Shown in pieces: positions 10,212-18,785 of a stretch of 64,000 bases of DNA; the first letter of the stretch is position 1, and the number at the start of each line of letters is the position of its first letter. This stretch comes from Aquabacterium sp. Its GTDB lineage: Bacteria > Pseudomonadota > Gammaproteobacteria > Burkholderiales > Burkholderiaceae_C. Below the pieces are notes generated by a model. The model saw only the letters and a list, made by a program, of their open reading frames with translations, did no database searches and was not told the DNA's origin. The position numbers and the translations under genes were made by a program. The stretch is taken from contig NZ_JAQSDR010000003.1 in the NCBI RefSeq assembly GCF_029946005.1, positions 2,836 to 66,835 of the forward strand, written 5' to 3'.

Positions 10212-10459
10212 TCAACCAGCTTTCGTTCAACACCGGCTCCGGTGTTCAATTGCTCAATGGCTTGCATCAGGCGCTTGGTGTTGCCAGGGCTGCGAAGCAG
10301 GTACGCCGTCTCTTCAAGGGAAGCAAAGTCTTCCAGCGAAAGCATCACGACCGACTGCTCGCCATTTCGCGTGATGATCAAGGGCTCGTGGTCGTTGCAA
10401 ACACGATCCATGGTGCTTGCCAAATTGGCTCGCGCAGATGAATAAGAGATCGCATCCAT
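10208..10459 (-). CDS. yefM: YefM/Phd antitoxin
   Basis: 83 aa: ISYSSARANLASTMDRVCNDHEPLIITR...SLEETAYLLRSP; CAGGAG RBS; overlaps the yoeB start. Confidence 0.95.
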   Translation of the reverse strand: MDAISYSSARANLASTMDRVCNDHEPLIITRNGEQSVVMLSLEDFASLEETAYLLRSPGNTKRLMQAIEQLNTGAGVERKLVE

Positions 10460-10473
10460 AGAGGCTCCTGTGT

Positions 10474-10493
10474 TGTACGTAATATTGTACAAT
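10474..10493. promoter_or_regulatory. YefM-YoeB autoregulatory operator
   Basis: Perfect palindrome ATTGTACAAT (10484-10493) plus TGTACG 12 bp away (10474). TGTACA cores spaced 12 bp apart are the known yefM-yoeB operator architecture. Confidence 0.8.
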
Positions 10494-10639
10494 CAGGCCT
10501 TGTTCTTGTCCAGCTCGGGCCTGTATTCGGCCGTTCTGAACAGGGCATGGGCGATTGGCCGCGCTGACACGCGGGCGCGAAGAAGCCGGGCAATTGCCTG
10601 GCTTCTGGCTTGTCATGCCTTGGGTGGCCTACTGCTTAC

Positions 10640-11065
10640 TCATGCCCAGTTGGCGGCGATCACCGGGTTGAGGGCCGTTTGGTAGTTGGCGGGCAAGGTG
10701 GTCTGGCCTAAGGCTGGCGGTGTGAAGCTGGCCATGGCGTTGACCAGGTTGTCCACGTTGCTGGGGGTCAGCGTCTTGCCGTCGGACAACTTCACGCTTT
10801 CGACCTGGTTGGCCGCATTGGCATACCAGTTGTTGATGGTGAACTTGTCATTGTGCCGATGACGGACAGTTCCAGGTTGTTGCCGACGTGGCGCAGCCAG
10901 AGTTGGTTGGTGGTGGCCTTGCTCGTGCATCAGGGTGTCGGGGTCAGCCGCGATGTGGTGCAGGCGGGCCAGCAGGCACAGGGCCTGCCAGGGCTGTTGC
11001 GGGTGTCTTGGGGCGGGATCAGACGGTGAAACGTCTTCCGCCCTCGCAATGGCGGAGGATTGCAT
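10640..11065 (-). pseudogene. Chimeric T1SS remnant: HlyB-like ABC transporter N-terminus fused to an RTX C-terminal secretion-signal region
   Basis: 5' part ALCLLARLHHIAADPDTLMH (C39-like N-terminus of T1SS permeases). 3' part NQLWLRHVGNNLELSVIGT (alternate frame), then DKFTINNWY...QVESVKLSDGKTL...VDNLVNAMASF...PVIAANWA. Confidence 0.75.
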
Positions 11066-11177
11066 GATGACCTACCCTGGTTTTATATTTAGAACGCGCG
11101 ATTATTGGACTGGCTCTGTGACAGGCACTCCCCCCTGATTGGGGGTGGTTGGCCCATTTGTGTAAGCAAGTGTTCCG

Positions 11178-11216
11178 CCCAGTAAAAAGCCGGACAGTGT
11201 CCGGCTTTTTACTGGG
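11178..11216. terminator. Bidirectional intrinsic terminator after the T11SS cargo gene
   Basis: Perfect 18-bp inverted repeat CCCAGTAAAAAGCCGGAC-AGT-GTCCGGCTTTTTACTGGG with internal A5/T5 tracts. Confidence 0.85.
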
Positions 11217-11238
11217 GCAACAGGCCAGGAAACTCAGT

Positions 11239-12345
11239 TCACTTTGCTGACGCTGCCGTTTGTGCGTTTGGCAGCGTCTGCTGCGCCCCCAGTGACTGTT
11301 GCACCGCCAGAAACGACGCCACATCATGCACGCCGTCCCTGGTGATGTCCGAGATGCCGATCGCGCCAGCGGCCCGGACGCCGGTGAAGTTGCCGTTGAC
11401 GAAACTCTTCTCGAGAGTGGACTCGCCAGCCGTCACTCGGGTGGAACTGAAAGACGCGCCGTTGATGTTGCCGGCGGCTTGATATCCACCAGCGTGGTCA
11501 AAGTCGCCGCTCCACCGGCTGTTCCCGAAGTCCACCAACAGCGTCATGTTGGTGGTGGCTCCAAAGGCACTCACTGATTGGCCGGAGTAGGTGGCTAGAA
11601 ACCCCCCGGCGCGCAATGAGTCCATGTCTTTCAAAGAGGTCTGATAACCAAATACACCCACTTCAATGGTGCCTCGTTCAACCACATTGGGATCGATCTC
11701 GTCACCCGCGATGTATTCGGTGACGGTGTACCTTCTGTAGAAGCTGGCCTGCACATCCGCAGCCTCCACCACTTCCGATGACAAGTCGGATTCGATCAGT
11801 TGCAGGTTGGTCCGGTGGTTTTGGGCATCAGCACTGGAATATTCGGTCCCATCCAAGGTCATCCTGCCCGATTCCGACATGGGGTGGGTGCCGGTGGTCA
11901 GCGAAGTCGTTTGCAACTGGAGGGCCTGTGCGTCGAGGCTACCGGCCGTGGGAATGCCAAAAGCCGTGCCCGTCAGGCTGATGGAGTGAGGGCCATCGAA
12001 CTCAATGTGGCCTTCACCGATGCCGCCTTCGCCCTGAAATATGGTCAGGTTTGTGAAGCCGCCAAAGCCCACCAGATTCTGGTTGATGTCGGCCACCGGA
12101 GCGACGTTGGGCAAGGTGCGGTAGAGCTCCGACGTGCGGGGCAGTTGGGCCAATGGGGGCGCGCCAGCCGCTGGCGGTTCGAATTCCGTCCAGGGGCCCC
12201 AGCCATTGACGGAGTCCTGGGCGATGGTGACATCGCCATACAGCTTGACGCTGTTGAGTTGTGCGTCGGTGGCGGCACCGGCCTGACTTTGCAGAAACAG
12301 GGTGGCCACGGCCACGCTGAGTGCTTTGAGAGAGTGGTTCTTCAT
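11239..12345 (-). CDS. Exported protein with a TbpB-like C-terminal beta-barrel (putative Slam/T11SS cargo)
   Basis: Sec signal peptide (AGA-A, no lipobox Cys); C-terminal pattern ATYSG...VDFGNSRWSG...GNINGASFSS...VNGNFTGVRAAGAIG; directly downstream of a Slam-like gene. Confidence 0.65.
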   Translation of the reverse strand: MKNHSLKALSVAVATLFLQSQAGAATDAQLNSVKLYGDVTIAQDSVNGWGPWTEFEPPAAGAPPLAQLPRTSELYRTLPNVAPVADINQNLVGFGGFTNLTIFQGEGGIGEGHIEFDGPHSISLTGTAFGIPTAGSLDAQALQLQTTSLTTGTHPMSESGRMTLDGTEYSSADAQNHRTNLQLIESDLSSEVVEAADVQASFYRRYTVTEYIAGDEIDPNVVERGTIEVGVFGYQTSLKDMDSLRAGGFLATYSGQSVSAFGATTNMTLLVDFGNSRWSGDFDHAGGYQAAGNINGASFSSTRVTAGESTLEKSFVNGNFTGVRAAGAIGISDITRDGVHDVASFLAVQQSLGAQQTLPNAQTAASAK

Positions 12346-12363
12346 GATGTCGACTTCCTTACT

Positions 12364-13644
12364 TCAGTAGCTGCGGCCCAACGTGATCTGCACCAAGTTA
12401 CGGTTGTATTCGTACAAGGCGAGATTGGCTTGGTTTTGAATCATGGTGAATGTGGCTGAGCCCTGCCACTTCTCCAGCCAGCCTGTCTTGAATTGTTGGT
12501 TGGCACCGAACTCGAGTCGGTATTCGTCTTCGCGGCGCGCGACGCCATAGAAGGGCTCTGCGCCGATGTAACCACTGTGGCGCCAAGCTGCGCGGGCGAA
12601 CAGGTCGCCACCAATCCAGGCGTTCTGGCGGCCACCGAAGAAGATCTCGTAGCCGTTGTTGCTGAAGCGGTCCAGCTGGGCTTCTTCGTCGAACATGCGG
12701 GCACCGGCTTGCAGGGTCAGGCGGTTCTTGTTGTACAGGCCGCCATAGCTGAAACCGCCGGAGCTGTAATGGCTGTCGCGGCCTTGGTCGCCAGGCTGCG
12801 CGAAGTTGCGGTAGGCCAGTTGGGCATCGGCCGTGAACTCGTCGCCAGAGTTCAGGCGCCAGGTGGCCGAAGGCGACACCGAGGTGTACAGGGCCAGCTT
12901 GCGGTCGCCCAGGGTCAGGCGGTCGGCTTGGAAATTGAGGTTGCCACGCCAGTTCTTGCCCATGATCAGCGCGGGGCCGGTGGCGGCGGTGAGCACGCCC
13001 AGGTTGTATTCACTCAGCCGACCATAGCCTTTGTAGTAAACGCCGAGCTGGCTGTTCCAGCCAAAGCGGCCGGTGGATTCGCCGGAGCGCACCGGGGTGG
13101 GCGACATCCAGCTGTGGCTCACGCCGCCCTGCAGGGCATAACCGCCGTCGGCCCGCGCGGTGGAGCCGGGGTTCAGCACCAAGCCGCCAGGGAGCACGGC
13201 GTTGTCCGGGCCAGCGTTGACGTTGCTGTCGTACACGGCACCCAGAGACAGGCTGTAGTCCAGCTTGTGGGGGCGGCCAAAGTTGGCGGCTTCGTCCAGT
13301 TCAAGTTGCTTGATGAAAGACAGCACCGACAGGCGCACGGCTTCGGGGGTGGTGGGGTCGTCCAGCACCGCCTGCGCCTGGGCTTTGGCCTTGGCGAAAT
13401 TCAGGGTGCGGTAATAGGCCACGGCCACTTCCAGCCGGGCGCGGTTGAGCGTGGGGTTGGCGGCCAGGATGGTTTCCAACGTCTCGATGGCGCTGTAAGG
13501 CCGACCGGTTTCACGCTGGTAAAGGCCTTCGCGGTATTGGTCTTCCACCGACGGGGGGGCAGACTGCGCTTGGGCGTTGAGCGCGCCAAGGCAAGACAGA
13601 CCAGTTGCAATGACGACCACACGCAAAGAACAAATACCAGCCAT
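12364..13644 (-). CDS. Surface lipoprotein assembly modulator (Slam/DUF560) outer-membrane translocon
   Basis: Signal peptide, N-terminal TPR (NPTLNRARLEVAVAYY), then amphipathic beta-strands starting YDSNVNAGP, ending in an aromatic residue (LGRSY); GGAG RBS. Confidence 0.75.
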   Translation of the reverse strand: MAGICSLRVVVIATGLSCLGALNAQAQSAPPSVEDQYREGLYQRETGRPYSAIETLETILAANPTLNRARLEVAVAYYRTLNFAKAKAQAQAVLDDPTTPEAVRLSVLSFIKQLELDEAANFGRPHKLDYSLSLGAVYDSNVNAGPDNAVLPGGLVLNPGSTARADGGYALQGGVSHSWMSPTPVRSGESTGRFGWNSQLGVYYKGYGRLSEYNLGVLTAATGPALIMGKNWRGNLNFQADRLTLGDRKLALYTSVSPSATWRLNSGDEFTADAQLAYRNFAQPGDQGRDSHYSSGGFSYGGLYNKNRLTLQAGARMFDEEAQLDRFSNNGYEIFFGGRQNAWIGGDLFARAAWRHSGYIGAEPFYGVARREDEYRLEFGANQQFKTGWLEKWQGSATFTMIQNQANLALYEYNRNLVQITLGRSY

Positions 13645-13770
13645 CTGAGGAACTCCACACATCTTTAAGGGAATGAGCGCCGATTGTGGAGTTCAGCCCC
13701 CGATGTGTCGAGCCCTTGTCTGCGTGCAATTGGCGGGGTAATGCCTAGGACTCCCCGCATCCAGGGGGTG

Positions 13771-14613
13771 CTAGGTGACTCCGCTGGCCCCTTTGAGCAT
13801 TTCTTTTCGGAAGCGGTTGAGCTCTTGCACGCTGGCAAAGCTGCGACCCATGATCAGACTCATGTTGTGCAGGATGCGGTCCACGACCTTGGTTTCCCAC
13901 ACGGCGTCGAAGTTGATCTGGCGGTCCAGCCAGTGTTCCAGCCATTGCGGATCGGGCAAGCGGGACTGGATGGTGTCGCGCGGGAAGAGCTTGGTGCTGA
14001 CGTGCAGGTTGGTGGGGTGCAGGGCCTGGGCCGTGCGGCGGGCGCTGGCCATGAGCACCCCCACTTTGGCAAACGCGGCCTTGGCTTCGTCGCCAAACTT
14101 GTTGATGGCGCGTTTCATGTACCGCAGATAAGCCCCGCCGTGTCGGGCTTCGTCTTTGGCCAGGGTCTCGTAGATGGCCTTGATGACGGGCTCGGTGTGC
14201 CACTCGGCGGCGCGGCGGTACCAGTGGTTCAACCGGATCTCGCCGCAGAAGTGCAGCATCAGGGTCTCGAGCGCCGGGGCGGGATCAAAGTCGAAACGGA
14301 CCTCGTGCAACTCTTCTTCGGTGGGCACCAGTTCGGGCCGAAAGCGCCGCAGGTATTCCATCAAGACCAGTGAATGCTTTTGCTCTTCAAAGAACCACAC
14401 GCTCATGAAGGCGCAAAAGTCGCTGTCGTCGCGGTTGTCGCGCAGGAACATCTCGGTGGCGGGCAGGGCGGCCCATTCCGTGATGGCGTTCATCTTGATG
14501 GTCTGGGCTTGTTCGTCCGTCAGTTGGCTGGCGTCGAACTGGTCCCAGGGGATGTCCGTGTCCATGTTCCAGCGCACAGACTCGAGTTGCTTGAAGAGTT
14601 CAGGGTAAAGCAT
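13771..14613 (-). CDS. Ferritin-like diiron protein (acyl-ACP-desaturase-like)
   Basis: Two ExxH diiron motifs (EEQKH, DEARH) in a helical protein; GGAG RBS. Confidence 0.75.
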   Translation of the reverse strand: MLYPELFKQLESVRWNMDTDIPWDQFDASQLTDEQAQTIKMNAITEWAALPATEMFLRDNRDDSDFCAFMSVWFFEEQKHSLVLMEYLRRFRPELVPTEEELHEVRFDFDPAPALETLMLHFCGEIRLNHWYRRAAEWHTEPVIKAIYETLAKDEARHGGAYLRYMKRAINKFGDEAKAAFAKVGVLMASARRTAQALHPTNLHVSTKLFPRDTIQSRLPDPQWLEHWLDRQINFDAVWETKVVDRILHNMSLIMGRSFASVQELNRFRKEMLKGASGVT

Positions 14614-14724
14614 GGTGATCTCCAAATACTGCGAACAGCCTACCCGACAATTTTGACAATGTGGCTGCAATGCAGACGGCGGCATGGGTTTGTGGTGTGA
14701 TGTGATTCCCCACTTCGAAAGGTC

Positions 14725-15324
14725 ATGCCCATGAGCGCACCTCGTTCCTTTTCCTTGATGCTGGCTGCGGCCCTGGTGGGCTCTCTGCCCGGGCTGTGTT
14801 TGGCGGTCGAGCCGCCGCCTGCCGCCACCACGTCAGCGGCTTGCCCCGCGTTGTTGAACCAGACCTTTCCTCGCCTGCAGGATGAAAAACCCCAGTCGCT
14901 GTGCCAGTACGCCGGCAAGGTGGTGTTGGTGGTGAACACGGCCAGCTATTGTGGCTTCACGCCGCAGTTCAAGGGCCTGGAGGCGCTGCATGCCAAGTAC
15001 AAGGACCGGGGCCTGGTGGTGCTGGGCTTCCCGTCGAATGATTTTGGACAGCAGGATCCGGGCAACGCCAAGCAAATCGCTGACTTTTGCGAGAGCACCT
15101 ATGGCGTCAAGTTCCCGATGTTTGGCAAAAGCCATGTGCGCGGAGATGCCGTGAACCCGCTGCACGCCAGCCTGATCAAGATCACGGGCACCACGCCCAA
15201 ATGGAATTTCTACAAGTACCTGATCGCCCGCGATGGCCGCACGGTGACCTCCTACAGCAGCCTCACCACGCCAGATGACCGCGACCTTGTCGCGGAAGTG
15301 GAAAAATTCCTGGCTGCAAAATAA
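14725..15324 (+). CDS. Glutathione peroxidase with signal peptide (Cys type)
   Basis: VVNTASYCGFTPQ, LGFPSNDFG and PKWNFYKYL motifs; hydrophobic N-terminus. Confidence 0.9.
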   Translation: MPMSAPRSFSLMLAAALVGSLPGLCLAVEPPPAATTSAACPALLNQTFPRLQDEKPQSLCQYAGKVVLVVNTASYCGFTPQFKGLEALHAKYKDRGLVVLGFPSNDFGQQDPGNAKQIADFCESTYGVKFPMFGKSHVRGDAVNPLHASLIKITGTTPKWNFYKYLIARDGRTVTSYSSLTTPDDRDLVAEVEKFLAAK

Positions 15325-15360
15325 TTACCAATGAGTTACGATATGAACTAGTTGGTAATT
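15323..15360. promoter_or_regulatory. AT-rich palindromic operator-like site upstream of the lipid-modification operon
   Basis: AATTACCAA (15323-31) and TTGGTAATT (15352-60) form a perfect inverted repeat, with a nested AGTT/AACT on the same axis. Confidence 0.55.
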
Positions 15361-15399
15361 TATTGGGTCGCGGCAACGCTGGCCACAGGAGCAAAGCCC

Positions 15400-16749
15400 A
15401 TGAAACGCATTGCAGTGGTTGGGTCGGGGGTGGCGGGTTTGGGGGCGGCGGCGCGTTTGAGCGCGGCGGCGGGTGAGCGCCAGGTCACGCTGTTCGAGGC
15501 GGCTGATTACTTTGGCGGCCATGCCCACACGGTGGACGTGACCTTGGCGGCGCCCTCCGGTGAGCGCGTCACCCACGGTGTGGACACCGGTTTTTTGGTG
15601 ATGAACGAGCGCACCTACCCGCAATTGCTGGGTTTGCTTGATGCTCTGGGCGTGCCGCGGGCCAAGTCGGACATGTCGTTTTCTGTGCAGGCGGGCAGCC
15701 TGGAGTGGTGTGGATCGTCCCTGAACACGGTGTTCGCCCAGCGGCGCAACCTGGTGTCGCCCGGCTTTTGGCGCATGTTGGCCGACCTGATGCGCTTCAA
15801 CAAGCTGGCCACGCAGATGGCCGAGCAGGGCCGGGATGCTGCACTGACCCAGCCGATTGCCGAATTCCTGGCCGAGCACCGCTTTGGCGCCGAGTTCCAG
15901 GAGGGCTACCTGATGCCGATGATCGCGTGCATCTGGTCGTGCCCCACCGACCAGATGCTGCGTTTTCCCATGGCCACCTTGATCCGCTTTTGCCACAACC
16001 ATGGCCTGCTGCAGGTCACCAACCGGCCACAGTGGTACACGGTGCAGGGCGGCTCGCGCAACTACGTGCGGCGTTTGGTCGAGCAGTTGAGCGACGCGCG
16101 CTTATCCACTCCGGTGCGCAGCCTGACCAGCCTGGGTGAGGGCGGTCTGGGCGGCGTGCTGGTGCACACCGACGCGGGCAGCGAGCGCTTTGACGAGGTG
16201 GTGTTGGCCTGTCACAGCGACCAGGCCCTGGCCTTGTTGGGCAGTGGCGCCACGCGGGATGAGCGCGAGTTGCTGGGCGCCATCGGGTACCACCGCAACC
16301 GGGCGGTTTTGCACACCGACACCCGCCTGCTGCCGCGCAACCCGCGCGCCTGGGCCGCCTGGAACTACGAGCGCGCCAGCAGCGCCGATGCCGAACACCA
16401 GGGCGTGTGCCTGCATTACCTCATCAACCGCTTGCAGCCCTTGCCTTGGACCACGCCGGTGGTGGTGTCGCTCAACCCGCTGCGTGAACCACGGGCTGAC
16501 ACGGTGCTGGGCACCTACGACTACGCGCACCCGGTGTTCGACCAAGCCGCGATCCAGGCGCAAGCGCGTCTGCCGAGCATCCAGGGCCAGCATGGCGTTT
16601 GGTTCTGCGGCGCCTGGACGGGTTATGGCTTCCATGAAGATGGCTTGAAGGCCGGGCAGGGCGTGGCCGATCAGTTGTTGGCTTGCGATGAGCGGCCTGC
16701 GAGCGCGCCCGAAAGCCGCCGCGCGCAGGCTGACCGGGTGTGGGCATGA
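15400..16749 (+). CDS. FAD-dependent oxidoreductase (UfaD/RSP1091-like fatty-acid desaturase)
   Basis: IAVVGSGVAG, GGHAHTV, VDTGFLVMN, YDYAHP and GAWTGYGFHEDG motifs. Confidence 0.85.
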   Translation: MKRIAVVGSGVAGLGAAARLSAAAGERQVTLFEAADYFGGHAHTVDVTLAAPSGERVTHGVDTGFLVMNERTYPQLLGLLDALGVPRAKSDMSFSVQAGSLEWCGSSLNTVFAQRRNLVSPGFWRMLADLMRFNKLATQMAEQGRDAALTQPIAEFLAEHRFGAEFQEGYLMPMIACIWSCPTDQMLRFPMATLIRFCHNHGLLQVTNRPQWYTVQGGSRNYVRRLVEQLSDARLSTPVRSLTSLGEGGLGGVLVHTDAGSERFDEVVLACHSDQALALLGSGATRDERELLGAIGYHRNRAVLHTDTRLLPRNPRAWAAWNYERASSADAEHQGVCLHYLINRLQPLPWTTPVVVSLNPLREPRADTVLGTYDYAHPVFDQAAIQAQARLPSIQGQHGVWFCGAWTGYGFHEDGLKAGQGVADQLLACDERPASAPESRRAQADRVWA

Positions 16750-17537
16750 GCTTGCCGCATCGGCCCCTGATCGGCTTTGGGCAGGTGCGCCACACCCGCC
16801 TCAAGCCCGCGCGCAATGCCTTTGTCTATCCCAGTTACTTCTGGATGCTGCCTTTGCGCACCTTGCGTCGGCAAGCGTCGGATGACGTCCAGCGAAACCG
16901 CTTCGGCCTGTTGAGCTTTCACGATGCCGACCATGGTGTGGGTGGCCCTGATGCCTTGGCCTGGCTGGATGGCTTGTTGCGAGAAGAGGGCCTCGGCGAT
17001 CCCGACATCAGCGAGGGCGAGGTCTGGCTGCAGACTTACCCACGGGTGCTGGGCCACGTGTTCAAGCCCGTGAGCTTTTGGTATGTGCACCGCAGGGATG
17101 GCAGCCTGGCCGCCGTGGTGGCCGAGGTCAACAACACTTTTGGCGAGCGGCACTGCTATCTGCTGCACGGGCCGGCCTTGGGCTGGGGCCGCGAGATCAC
17201 GGCCGACAAGGTGTTCCACGTGTCACCCTTTTGCGAGGTGACGGGCACCTACCGTTTTCGCTTCATGCGCAATGCGCAGGATCGCATCGTGGTTCGCATT
17301 GATCATGACGATGCCGAAGGACCGGTCCTGCAGACCAGCCTGAGTGGGCGGCTCGAACCCTTGACCCGCGCCAGCGTGCTTCGCGCCTTTTGGGGCTGGC
17401 CTTTGATGACGGTGGGCGTGGTGGCACGCATCCACTGGCAGGCCTTGCGCGTATGGGTCAAGGGCGTGCCCTTGCGCACCAAACCCGCCCCTCCCACCGA
17501 ACTCGTCACCGGGCCGCATGGCCAGACCACACCATGA
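16746..17537 (+). CDS. DUF1365 protein (UfaO/RSP1090-like)
   Basis: VRHTRLKP, FKPVSFWY, AEVNNTFGERHCY, KVFHVSPF and ARIHWQAL motifs. Confidence 0.88.
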   Translation: MSLPHRPLIGFGQVRHTRLKPARNAFVYPSYFWMLPLRTLRRQASDDVQRNRFGLLSFHDADHGVGGPDALAWLDGLLREEGLGDPDISEGEVWLQTYPRVLGHVFKPVSFWYVHRRDGSLAAVVAEVNNTFGERHCYLLHGPALGWGREITADKVFHVSPFCEVTGTYRFRFMRNAQDRIVVRIDHDDAEGPVLQTSLSGRLEPLTRASVLRAFWGWPLMTVGVVARIHWQALRVWVKGVPLRTKPAPPTELVTGPHGQTTP

Positions 17538-18778
17538 ACCGATCGACCACGCTTCAGCATTCCAACGCTACTCAACTGCCCCAGGATGCCCCTGCCTCGG
17601 CCCGCATGGCCATGCGGCTGCTGGCGCGCCTGCAAGTGGGCAGTCTGGACCTGCAACTGCCCGATGGCAGCACCGCGCATTTTGGCCAGGCCGCTGAACA
17701 GGCGCCGCGCGCAGCCTTGCGTCTGCACAACTGGAAGGTGTGCTCTGCCGCCATGAAGTCGGGCGACATAGGCTTTGCCGAAAGCTACATCGCCGGCGAC
17801 TGGACCACGCCCGACCTGACGGCGCTGCTCAAGCTGTTCATTGCCAACCGGGACCACATCGAAAGCGCCGTGTACGGCAGTTGGTGGGGCCGCTTGCTGT
17901 ACCGCGTGCGCCACCTGCTGCGGCACAACTCCAAGGCCAACAGCCGCAAGAACATCCAGGCCCACTACGACCTGGGCAATGAGTTCTACCGCTTGTGGCT
18001 GGACCCGACCATGAGCTATTCCAGCGCCTGGTTCGACGGCGACCATTCGCGTTCGATGCCCGAGGCCCAGCAGGCCAAGATCCTGCGGGCCTTGCATGAG
18101 GCGGGCGTGACGGCAGACCAGCCCGGCCAGCGCGTGCTGGAAATCGGTTGCGGCTGGGGCGGCTTGGCCGAGGTGGCCGCACGCGATTGCGGCGCCCATG
18201 TCACCGGCGTGACGCTCTCGTCCGAACAGCTGGCCTGGGCGCAGCAGCGCATGGTGGATGCGGGCTTGTCGAATCAGGCCGACCTGCGCTTGCAGGATTA
18301 CCGCGACATCCAGGATCAGCCCTTCGATGCCATCGTGTCCATCGAGATGTTCGAGGCCGTGGGTCAGGAGTATTGGGCCAGCTACTTCGCCACCTTGAAG
18401 CGCTGCCTCAAGCCGGGCGGCCGTGCCTGCCTGCAAACGATCACCATCCGTGATGACCTGTTCGATCGCTACGTGAACTCCACCGACTTCATCCAGCAGT
18501 ACATCTTCCCTGGCGGATTGTTGCCCAGCGATGCCGCCTTCAAGGCTGAGGCCCGCAAGGCCGGCCTGGAGGTGGTGAACTCGATGGCCTTTGGTCCCGA
18601 CTACGCTGAGACCTTGCGCCGCTGGCGCGCCGACTTCATCCAGCACCTGCACAGCGTTCAGCGCCTGGGCTTTGACCAACGCTTTCAGCACATCTGGGAG
18701 TTTTACCTGGCTTATTGCGAAGCGGCTTTTGACATGGGCAACACCAATGTCGTGCAGTACACACTGCGCCGGGTTTGA
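17534..18778 (+). CDS. Cyclopropane-fatty-acyl-phospholipid synthase-family SAM methyltransferase (UfaM/CfaS-like)
   Basis: NIQAHYDLGNEFY, MSYSSA, VLEIGCGWGG, SIEMFEAVG, FIQQYIFPGG and WEFYLAYCEAAF motifs. Confidence 0.92.
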   Translation: MNRSTTLQHSNATQLPQDAPASARMAMRLLARLQVGSLDLQLPDGSTAHFGQAAEQAPRAALRLHNWKVCSAAMKSGDIGFAESYIAGDWTTPDLTALLKLFIANRDHIESAVYGSWWGRLLYRVRHLLRHNSKANSRKNIQAHYDLGNEFYRLWLDPTMSYSSAWFDGDHSRSMPEAQQAKILRALHEAGVTADQPGQRVLEIGCGWGGLAEVAARDCGAHVTGVTLSSEQLAWAQQRMVDAGLSNQADLRLQDYRDIQDQPFDAIVSIEMFEAVGQEYWASYFATLKRCLKPGGRACLQTITIRDDLFDRYVNSTDFIQQYIFPGGLLPSDAAFKAEARKAGLEVVNSMAFGPDYAETLRRWRADFIQHLHSVQRLGFDQRFQHIWEFYLAYCEAAFDMGNTNVVQYTLRRV

Positions 18779-18785
18779 CCGCGCC

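Noticed and set aside
10496-10640. Short ORFs between yefM and the RTX remnant (10314-10616 and an alternate frame ending HALFRTAEYRPELDKNKA)
   Set aside because: No start or RBS context and no family I can support; probably debris.
14941-14960. Selenocysteine in the glutathione peroxidases (also ~37830)
   Set aside because: Both active-site codons are TGT (Cys), not in-frame TGA.
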